DNA of 35,326 nucleotides from Candidatus Woesearchaeota archaeon CG1_02_57_44 (GCA_001871415.1 MNWW01000036.1:1-35326); one strand, 5' to 3'; positions 20,273 to 27,477 are shown, counted from the stretch's first letter. The notes: generated by a model from the sequence alone, not told the origin. Program-made: numbers and translations.

Positions 20273-21436
20273 TCATTCGGCTGCCAGGTAATCCACGGCA
20301 ATGCCGAATTCTTTGAGCATGGTCTCGGCGCGCTTGGTCAGTCCTTTCTGGCAGACAAAGAGCACCGGCATGTTTCTTTTCTGTCCAGTAGCGTATGCCA
20401 TGCCTAAATCGCCGTCATTGCCTTTGGCCTTGTTCTTGGCTTTGCAATAGTAGGTCATGGTGCCGACCGCCGAGGGGACCCTGACAATAAGGTCCAGCTC
20501 TTTTCCTTTGCGCACGCTCCTGAGCTCAGCCACGCCGACGCCCTTGCTGGCGAAGTGCGCAGTGACCTGCGCCTCGAAGCTGCCAGGGATGATGTCAGGT
20601 ATCGTTGGTGTATCAGCGGCTGCTGCGGCTGTTCCGCTGATTGCGTGTTGTCTTTTGCTCGGCTTTGGTCTTGCGGGCTTGCTCTTGGCCGCAGGAGTGG
20701 TCGCTTCTTTGTTTGTCATCGGTAGTGGCAGCTGTTCCTGGCTTTCCTTGACCGCATGCGTTGCGGATTGTGACGTTGACGCAAGAACCTCGGGCGTGTC
20801 CTGCTCGTATCTGCAATCAGGAGTCCTCGCAGAAACTGGTGTTGCGGGGGCTTTAGGGATTGCTTGCGTAGTGGGCTGCTGCTCTGGTTTCGCATCTTGC
20901 GAAGCAGATGCTACCCGCTCCTGTATCACTGCTTCTGTTGTCTCCTGCACCGGGGGCTGCATTATTTTCCGCATTGGCTCCCGTGTAGGTGCTGCCGACA
21001 AAGTGGGCGCGAGAGGATTGAGCGCGCGCAGTGCCTCATCATCATTGAGCAGGAACCATCTGAAGTAGAGCGCGCCGTCGTGCTGGAAGGGCTTGGCAAA
21101 ATCCGGGATGTTCGTGAGCGCGACGCGCTCGACCGGCTGCAGCTCAGAGGCCTTGAGCACCTTGCGCTCCAGCAGCAGATCATACGCGTGCTTATCGACG
21201 CTGCCGAGCTTGTCGCAGAAATTGCAGAGCGCTGCTTCCTGTCCGGGGATGTAGTAGAGTGGGCTGCCCCCGACCTTCAGCCGCGTGATGCGCACCAGCC
21301 CTGACGCGGCAAGCTCGCTGAGTATCGCGCCAGCGATCATGGTGTTGCTGTTCATCCTGCTGGCGATGGTCATGGGGACCGTGGGCCCGGACTGGCGGAG
21401 GATCTCCAGTGCCTGGTCGCGATGCGTCGTGGCCAT
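20273..21436 (-). CDS. Hypothetical protein: N-terminal winged-helix-like region, Pro/Ala/Thr/Lys-rich linker, C-terminal restriction-endonuclease-like domain
   Basis: GPTVPMTIA...AGAILSEL...KVGGSPLYY; FE...ELDLIV...YYCKAKNK; 4 nt downstream of endA. Confidence 0.7.
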   Translation of the reverse strand: MATTHRDQALEILRQSGPTVPMTIASRMNSNTMIAGAILSELAASGLVRITRLKVGGSPLYYIPGQEAALCNFCDKLGSVDKHAYDLLLERKVLKASELQPVERVALTNIPDFAKPFQHDGALYFRWFLLNDDEALRALNPLAPTLSAAPTREPMRKIMQPPVQETTEAVIQERVASASQDAKPEQQPTTQAIPKAPATPVSARTPDCRYEQDTPEVLASTSQSATHAVKESQEQLPLPMTNKEATTPAAKSKPARPKPSKRQHAISGTAAAAADTPTIPDIIPGSFEAQVTAHFASKGVGVAELRSVRKGKELDLIVRVPSAVGTMTYYCKAKNKAKGNDGDLGMAYATGQKRNMPVLFVCQKGLTKRAETMLKEFGIAVDYLAAE

Positions 21437-21440
21437 GCGC

Positions 21441-21950
21441 CTACGGCCTCATCCACCGCACTTCCCAGTAGGATACGCCATTCTCGTCATCGACCACGCC
21501 CATGAGCAGGCGCTTTCTCGTGCTGTGCGCGACGCGGTTCTTGGCAGCGAAGTCCTGCCACGTGAGCGCGTTGCCTTCCGCGACCGGGTACACGACCCAT
21601 TTCGCGTGGTCATCGCCCGGCTTGACCCCGCGATCATACACGCGAAAGTCAGCGCCGAACTTGAGCGCGGTCTTGACGATGTAGCCGCGGCTGCGAAGAT
21701 CAGAGAACACGATATAGCGGGTGCGAAACTGCGGGTCTGTCTTGCTGAACATGCGCAGCATGCCGCGCGTGGTGAGCGTCCTGCCTCTGGTGTCCCTGAC
21801 CGTGAGGCGTCCTTTCTCTGTCAGGAACAGTCCTTCGAGCAACGAGAGCTGCAAGGTGCCGTCAGGATTCGGCTCACCATAGCCGGCCTGCTGGTGAAGC
21901 TCGTCATTCTCCGCGATGATGCTCTCTCCAAGGTAGGTAGCCTGGTGCAT
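21441..21950 (-). CDS. endA: tRNA-splicing endonuclease (single unit, about 169 aa)
   Basis: LSLLEGLFL, DLRSRGY, KFGADFRVY (Tyr), DDHAKW (His), AHSTRK (Lys). Confidence 0.93.
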   Translation of the reverse strand: MHQATYLGESIIAENDELHQQAGYGEPNPDGTLQLSLLEGLFLTEKGRLTVRDTRGRTLTTRGMLRMFSKTDPQFRTRYIVFSDLRSRGYIVKTALKFGADFRVYDRGVKPGDDHAKWVVYPVAEGNALTWQDFAAKNRVAHSTRKRLLMGVVDDENGVSYWEVRWMRP

Positions 21951-22048
21951 GGGCGATTGAAATGCTGCGGTGTTTATAAGCGATGCGGTGGGGGGCGACC
22001 AACATGATGTGGTAATCCTTATATACGCTCCCTGCCTTTCCTGCCCGT

Positions 22049-22942
22049 ATGCCGACCGTAACCTTCCTGGGCACAAGCTGCATGCAGCCGACCAAGGAGC
22101 GCAACCACAGCGCGCTCTTCTTCCCTCATGATACAGAGGGCATCCTCTTTGACTGTGGCGAGAACACGCAGCGTCAGCTCAAGATAGCGGGCATCAGGCC
22201 CACCAAGATAACGCGCATCTTCCTGACCCATTGGCATGGCGATCATGTGCTTGGCCTGCCCGGGCTGTTGCAGACCATGGCAGCCGCCCCCTATGTTGGG
22301 ACGCTGCACGTCTATGGTCCGAAAGGATCCAAAGAGCGCTTCGGTTATATGTTTCGCGCATTTGACTTCGACGCCAAGCTTGACCTGGTGGTCCATGACA
22401 TCGAGCCCGGCGTGGTCTGCGATGCTTCCTTGTTCGAGGTGCATGCCGCGATGCTTGACCATGGTGTGCCCTGCTTCGGGTATCGATGGGTGGAGAAAGA
22501 TAAACGGCGCATAAAGGTCGCGGCAGTCAAGAAGCTGGGCATCCCCGACGGTCCCTTGCTCGGCGAGCTGCAGCGCGGCAGGTCCATCGAGTGGAAGGGT
22601 AAGAGGGTCCCTGCTGATGAGCTGACCTTCCTGCAGAAAGGAAAGGTCATCGCCTACGTCGTGGATACAGCACCCTGCAAAGGCGCTATCGACCTCGCGC
22701 AGGGCGCGGACCTGCTCATCTGCGAGGCCGCCTATGCCAATGCCTTGGAGGACAAAGGTGAGCAGTACAAGCACCTGACCGCAAGGGACGCAGCGACCAT
22801 CGCCCGCAAGGCCGACGCGAAGCAGCTCGTGCTCACGCACTTTAGCCAGCGCTACGCATCGACTGAGGACATCGAGGAGGACGCGAAGGAGATATTTCCT
22901 GATGTCGTGTGCGCGTATGATTTCCTGAAAGTCAAGTGCTAA
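22049..22942 (+). CDS. rnz: Ribonuclease Z
   Basis: FLGTS, PTKERN, DCGE, THWHGDH, GIPDGP exosite, DT.PC, HLT, LTHFSQRY. Confidence 0.95.
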   Translation: MPTVTFLGTSCMQPTKERNHSALFFPHDTEGILFDCGENTQRQLKIAGIRPTKITRIFLTHWHGDHVLGLPGLLQTMAAAPYVGTLHVYGPKGSKERFGYMFRAFDFDAKLDLVVHDIEPGVVCDASLFEVHAAMLDHGVPCFGYRWVEKDKRRIKVAAVKKLGIPDGPLLGELQRGRSIEWKGKRVPADELTFLQKGKVIAYVVDTAPCKGAIDLAQGADLLICEAAYANALEDKGEQYKHLTARDAATIARKADAKQLVLTHFSQRYASTEDIEEDAKEIFPDVVCAYDFLKVKC

Positions 22943-22977
22943 GGCCGCAGCGATAGTCTTCTCAGGACAATAGCAGT

Positions 22978-23196
22978 TCAATCCTTCTGTGTCACCGACG
23001 AGAGCGCAAGCGCGACATCTTCCGCCTGCACCGTGCGCCGGCCTGCGTGCAGGGCGAGCGACGAGGATTTCTCAGCGACCTTTCTGCCAACAGCGACGAG
23101 ATGCGCCGCCATGGCAGCTTTCGCGTCTTCGCCTACGCGTATGCCTGGATGCGCTTCCTTGATGAACGCTTCCATTGCGTGAAGGCTTGGTTTCAT
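22978..23196 (-). CDS. Archaeal histone-fold protein
   Basis: RVGEDA...A.HAGRRTVQAEDVALA histone-fold signature; 72 aa. Confidence 0.88.
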   Translation of the reverse strand: MKPSLHAMEAFIKEAHPGIRVGEDAKAAMAAHLVAVGRKVAEKSSSLALHAGRRTVQAEDVALALSSVTQKD

Positions 23197-23340
23197 GTTG
23201 GTGTGGTCGGTGCAGGGGGTATTTTAAGGTTCGTGCCACAGAGCGAGGGAACGGGGGCAGGTGCTGGCGCATCATGGCGTGTCCTGCAGGGTGATTGCAG
23301 GGTGATAATACTTTTAAGTGGACCAGTTATTCCCTTGCTG

Positions 23341-24657
23341 ATGGCTCCGGGCATGGACTCCTCTCACGTGGATCAGATGCAGGGGTTTCTGCATTTTCTG
23401 GCAGGCCGGATCGCGAGATCAGATGCGTATCTGTTCCAGGATCTGGTCTCCGCAGGGACGCTCGCCATCCTCGAGCATGGGGGCGAATATGAGTCGTGGC
23501 GCAGCGTGTACAGGTCTGCCGACGGGCGAGCTGATGAGGAAGTGATGCTCACGCAGTTCTTCGTGCCTGTGGTGAGATATGCCATGCTTGACCAGTGCAG
23601 GGCCTGCAAGGCCCGGCCTCAATGGGGCGCAACCTTCCTCAGGGAGCAGGAGCAGGCGATGCTGGACATGGGCACATCAGATACCGCGGTAATCGCGATG
23701 CGCATGGGGCTCTCGCGTGATGAGTATCAAAGGCGCGCGCGGCTGGTTGATCCGTCTGGCACAGTATCCATCGACGATAGTGAGGCGGGCCTGCTGGATG
23801 TTGTGGGAGATGCAGATGCTGCGTATGATGCAGTCCTTGAGCACGACCAGGGCGCGCGGTATCTGCGCGGGCTCGATGCGCTGCCGGTGAGAGAGCGCAG
23901 GCTGCTCGTGGAGGTCGGTCTGAGGGGCCAGACCTTTGCCAGCATGGCGAGCAATATGAGGTTATCTCCGGGACGAGCCGACCAATTATACCAGCAAGCT
24001 AAAGACCGGATGCGTGAGCAGGTCGATGGCGCATCCAGCAGCAATGGCGCTTGCCATCATCCCAGTCTGCCCAGTTCGTTGGCGTACTCCTATGCGGGAT
24101 TCGATGAGTGGCATCCGGGTCCGGCGGCAAAAGACTTTTTCTGGCGACGGCCGATGGAATATTTCTCATCGATGATTGGCATTGATTTCTATCTTCAGCA
24201 CGCGACAAGGGACGCTTCGCTGTTGCGTCCCGCGGTCGTGGGGTACGCGGATCGTTTTGACCCCTTGGTGCATGGCACCATGGAGGCGCTGCTGCTTGAT
24301 GCGAATGGCGTCCGGGGCGAAGATGCGCGTGACGCAGTGACCGTCCATGCGAATCCGTATGGCAGGAACGATTCGTTCCTCAACATATTCGCGTTCGCAT
24401 TGGAGACCATAGCAGCGTATCAGCTCAATCCCTGGTGGCGGGGGGATGAGGCCGACGAGTCGCTCGGCCGGGCGCAGGCACTGGTGGAAGCCGTATTTGA
24501 GCGCTCAGCGCCAACAGAGGCGATAGTGCTCGCCAGCAGGCACTGCCTGGGTCTTGAGACTCGGGTGGCGGCATGGGCGCTTGGCATGCCGTATGATGCC
24601 GTGCGAAACGCAATGCTCGCCGCCCAGGACAAGGCGCAGGACTTGATGAGGGGCTGA
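23341..24657 (+). CDS. Sigma-70-family (FliA/WhiG-like) protein with a C-terminal extension ending in a second region-4-like HTH
   Basis: QDLVSAGTLAILE (region 2.2), VRYAMLDQCR (2.4), IAMRMGLSRDEY (3), LPVRERRLL...LSPGRADQLYQQAKDRMR (4). Start 23341 or 23353, after TTTTAAG at 23312-23318. Confidence 0.75.
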   Translation: MAPGMDSSHVDQMQGFLHFLAGRIARSDAYLFQDLVSAGTLAILEHGGEYESWRSVYRSADGRADEEVMLTQFFVPVVRYAMLDQCRACKARPQWGATFLREQEQAMLDMGTSDTAVIAMRMGLSRDEYQRRARLVDPSGTVSIDDSEAGLLDVVGDADAAYDAVLEHDQGARYLRGLDALPVRERRLLVEVGLRGQTFASMASNMRLSPGRADQLYQQAKDRMREQVDGASSSNGACHHPSLPSSLAYSYAGFDEWHPGPAAKDFFWRRPMEYFSSMIGIDFYLQHATRDASLLRPAVVGYADRFDPLVHGTMEALLLDANGVRGEDARDAVTVHANPYGRNDSFLNIFAFALETIAAYQLNPWWRGDEADESLGRAQALVEAVFERSAPTEAIVLASRHCLGLETRVAAWALGMPYDAVRNAMLAAQDKAQDLMRG

Positions 24658-24758
24658 GTCGCTAAAAAGTTCTGAATTCCGAACTTTCGTTATTCCATGA
24701 CGCATAACGCAATCGCATATAGTAACACATAAATACTTGCGCGCCTGCATTTTTTCTC

Positions 24759-24833
24759 ATGGTAGCTGCGTCGCACATGAGATCTGTTGGCTGTGCAGCT
24801 ACGTGCGCGACTATTATGTCGGGCACCTGGTAA
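24759..24833 (+). CDS. Putative 24-aa leader peptide MVAASHMRSVGCAATCATIMSGTW
   Basis: ATG about 29 nt after TATA-like CATAAATA (24728-24735); begins MVAAS like the cimA leader; lies in a structured 5' region. Confidence 0.55.
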   Translation: MVAASHMRSVGCAATCATIMSGTW

Positions 24834-24886
24834 CCAATAATAAAATGGTTCCCGGGTGCTGGAGATTCTTGCTAGTGCTTGGGAAC
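24762..24886 (+). promoter_or_regulatory. Structured leader with mutually exclusive hairpins (attenuator-like)
   Basis: Stems paired by hand: 24762-71/24793-802; 24803-11/24818-26; 24823-36/24846-59; 24848-62/24872-86. Confidence 0.6.
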
Positions 24887-24906
24887 TCACGAGGAGGTGG
24901 GGAAAG

Positions 24907-25218
24907 ATGGATGTATGCCACGTGTGCAGTGAGCCGGTCACAAATCCCTTGTGTCCGCACTGCCTGCACGAGACCGTACGGCAATGGGTCGAAGAAGAGG
25001 ACCAAGACATGGCGAGGAGCATCTGGCGTCTGGACGAGGTGTTCCCTGATATGGCTATGGCGTCTGTCCATTGCATCAGGTGCGGGCGTGGCGTAGAGGT
25101 CTGTCCTCATTGCTATACCAAGGAAGTCCGCGACATCCTGGGCAAGGATGAGCAGCTGCAGGCGCAGTTCACGCGCCTGTTCAATTTCCATCTTCACGCC
25201 CCGCCCAACATGGCGTGA
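24907..25218 (+). CDS. Small protein with four CxxC motifs (putative two-Zn binding)
   Basis: CHVC, CPHC, CIRC, CPHC; strong SD GGAGGTG at 24893-24899. Confidence 0.85.
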   Translation: MDVCHVCSEPVTNPLCPHCLHETVRQWVEEEDQDMARSIWRLDEVFPDMAMASVHCIRCGRGVEVCPHCYTKEVRDILGKDEQLQAQFTRLFNFHLHAPPNMA

Positions 25219-25251
25219 TCCGCTGCGAGTTGCCTGCGATTGATGCGAGGC

Positions 25252-25281
25252 GCGGTCTTTAGCGGCCGCTGTTTTTTCTTT
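25252..25281 (+). terminator. Hairpin plus T-tract downstream of the CxxC gene
   Basis: GCGGTC-tttagc-GGCCGC followed by TGTTTTTTCTTT. Confidence 0.55.
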
Positions 25282-25503
25282 ATGATCGCGCGAGGCGATG
25301 GTTAAGGTGTGGGACTTCTGTGTATGCGTCTCATAGGTGCTTCACGCGGTGGACTGTGCACATGCTGAGCTGCTGTCAGCGTCAAGCATCTTTCGCTTGT
25401 GGGGCAGGTTCGGCAGCCTCTGCCTTGCCCCTGCCCTGCGCCATGCTGCAGGGCGCGGGAACAGACCTTCATGAAGTCAGGTTCTTTTTCCATCATCCCG
25501 AAA

Positions 25504-25512
25504 TTATATAAA
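25504..25512 (+). promoter_or_regulatory. TATA box of the cimA leader transcript
   Basis: TTATATAAA centred about 28 nt upstream of the leader ATG (25536), the spacing expected for a leaderless archaeal mRNA. Confidence 0.65.
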
Positions 25513-25535
25513 CTCCCTATGCATTCCCAATAACT

Positions 25536-25613
25536 ATGGTCGCGGCATCAATCGTGGCATGGTCTGTTCCATCTGCCTGCGGCTCTGCCATTATCGGCAT
25601 TATTATTCGTTAG
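25536..25613 (+). CDS. Ile-rich leader peptide of cimA: MVAASIVAWSVPSACGSAIIGIIIR
   Basis: Translated by hand; five Ile codons in the last seven (ATT ATC GGC ATT ATT ATT CGT TAG); ends 32 nt before the cimA ATG. Confidence 0.75.
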   Translation: MVAASIVAWSVPSACGSAIIGIIIR

Positions 25614-25645
25614 AGCAGCCAGACTTCTGGGCTGCGGTGGTAAAC

Positions 25646-27220
25646 ATGGTACAGATAGCAGTGTATGACACAACGCTTCGGGACGGGGCGCAGAGCCCGC
25701 ATGTGCGCTTTGGCATCAAGGACAAGCTGACCCTCCTGCGGATGCTCGATGACTATGGTATCGACTACGTTGAGCTGGGTTATCCTGCAGCGTCCGAGGC
25801 AGAGATGAAGGTCTTTCAGGAGGGCTCAAAGCTAAACCTTGCGACCAATATCGTCGCCTTCGGTTCTACGCATCGCATGGGTGTGGCGGCGAAGGATGAC
25901 ATAGGCATGCATGCTCTTGTAAAATCAGGCGCGAAGGTGGCGTGCATCTTCGGCAAGGCAAGGCCGAGTCATGTGAGCCTGCAACTCAAGGCGAGCCTTG
26001 ATGACAACTTGGCAGCCATCGCTGATAGCGTCTCTTATCTCAAGTCCCAGGGCATGACGGTCTTCTTTGACGCAGAGCATTTTTTTGATGGCTGCGGGGA
26101 GGACAAGGCCTACGCGTTCTCCTGCCTCAACGTGGCGGCTGACGCTGGCGCGCACACGCTCATCCTTTGTGACACGTCCGGCGGAGCCATGCCCCCTGAT
26201 GTGGAGCTGCTGACCCGTGAAGCGGTCAAGGCATTCCCTGGTACAGTCATCGGCATCCACTGCCACAATGACTGTGGCCTTGGCGTGGCCAACACGATGG
26301 CAGCGGTGCGTGCTGGCGCAAGCCACGTGCAGGGTACTATCAACGGCTTTGGTGAGCGAACAGGCAATGCTGACCTTTGCCAGGTGCTGCCCTTGCTGGG
26401 CCTTAAGCTCGGCTGCGCGCTGGGCACAAGAGTCTGCAAGCCAGGTATCAAGCTGAGCAAGACCAAATCCGTATCAGATCGCATCTTCTCGCTGGCTAAT
26501 GTCAAGCCGGACAAGAGCAAGCCATTCGTGGGCGATTATGCCTTCATGCACAAGGCGGGCATGCACGTTGACGCCATACGCAAGGGCGCGTCCTACGAGC
26601 ACATAGCGCCGGCTGCTGTGGGCAATGATACATACTTTGTGCTCTCTGAGCTGTCAGGCAAGGCTAACGTCCTGGCGCTGCTCGAGAAGCATGGCATCGT
26701 CGTTGATAAGCAGGATCCGCGTGTCAAGGCCCTCCTCATGGACGTGGAGCGCATGGAAGCAGAAGGCTATGGCATCAGTGGTCTTCCCGCGGAGCATGAG
26801 CTGCTGATAGCCAAGCATTTCAAGGCGCTGCCCTTCCAGCTGGACTCCTGGCGCATCGTGACTGAGCACATGCATGGCGAGTTCTCTGAGTGCATGATGA
26901 CAGGCGTGCTTGATGGGGCAAAGATTGAGGCCTTTGTCTCCCTGGATGACAACGGTCCGGTTGACGCCATGTTCGTCGCGCTCAAGAAGCTGCTGGCGAA
27001 ATATCCTGTCAGGGGTATATCGCTCATCAACTACAAGGTCATGATAGCGCAGGACAAGGGCCCGGAATCAAGCGTGCGCGTCTACATTGAGTTCAAGGAT
27101 AATGGTCATGAGTGGGCGACCGCTGGCGTATCGACCAATATCCTGGAAGCGAGCATTGAGGCGCTGACCAAGGGATTTACCTACCACCTCCACAGGAAAC
27201 AAAGCAACGTGTCGACATAG
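25646..27220 (+). CDS. cimA: Citramalate synthase (LeuA-related, bacterial-type CimA)
   Basis: DTTLRDGAQ, FDAEHFFDG, LCDT.GG, HCHND.G, NG.GERTGN, HKAGMH, SELSGK, C-terminal regulatory domain with GPVDA and GVSTNILEAS. Confidence 0.85.
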   Translation: MVQIAVYDTTLRDGAQSPHVRFGIKDKLTLLRMLDDYGIDYVELGYPAASEAEMKVFQEGSKLNLATNIVAFGSTHRMGVAAKDDIGMHALVKSGAKVACIFGKARPSHVSLQLKASLDDNLAAIADSVSYLKSQGMTVFFDAEHFFDGCGEDKAYAFSCLNVAADAGAHTLILCDTSGGAMPPDVELLTREAVKAFPGTVIGIHCHNDCGLGVANTMAAVRAGASHVQGTINGFGERTGNADLCQVLPLLGLKLGCALGTRVCKPGIKLSKTKSVSDRIFSLANVKPDKSKPFVGDYAFMHKAGMHVDAIRKGASYEHIAPAAVGNDTYFVLSELSGKANVLALLEKHGIVVDKQDPRVKALLMDVERMEAEGYGISGLPAEHELLIAKHFKALPFQLDSWRIVTEHMHGEFSECMMTGVLDGAKIEAFVSLDDNGPVDAMFVALKKLLAKYPVRGISLINYKVMIAQDKGPESSVRVYIEFKDNGHEWATAGVSTNILEASIEALTKGFTYHLHRKQSNVST

Positions 27221-27250
27221 TTACTTAATCTCCAGTGGAAATTATGGGGT
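27188..27250 (+). promoter_or_regulatory. Second ORB-like cluster (one full ORB and one partial ORB)
   Basis: CTCCAGTGGAAATTATGGGGT (27230-27250) shares 15 of 21 nt with the ORB at 38-58; CTCCACAGGAAACAAAG (27188-27204) is a copy without the G-string. Confidence 0.7.
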
Positions 27251-27477
27251 GTTGCCTCATTTAGAGGCGTTTTGAAGGCATTTATTGCTTGTCAAGCCCT
27301 TGGATTGTCATAAATTTGCTTATGTCCAACGTTTCGACTCCTTTTATATTCGGTTTATAACTTGTTTATAAGTGGGGCGCTGTCCCTGATAATACCCGTC
27401 TTATATACGCAACTCGTGGTTTAAAAGCGGAGCATTTTTAAATGCCAAAAAAATTCCGCATATAAAAGGGATACACC

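Noticed and set aside
24658..24730. Bacterial sigma promoter for the sigma-like protein (GAACTT at 24681-24686)
   Set aside because: No matching -10 element at the proper spacing, and no TAAA-N15-GCCGATAA seen in the nearby intergenic DNA.
24759..25613. MVAAS peptides as RiPP precursors processed by TldDE
   Set aside because: No modifying enzymes or exporter adjacent; position in 5' leaders and the Ile run before cimA fit regulation better.
27442..27465. Tiny uORF MPKKFRI upstream of tbp
   Set aside because: Seven codons in AT-rich DNA with no codon run or associated structure; expected by chance.
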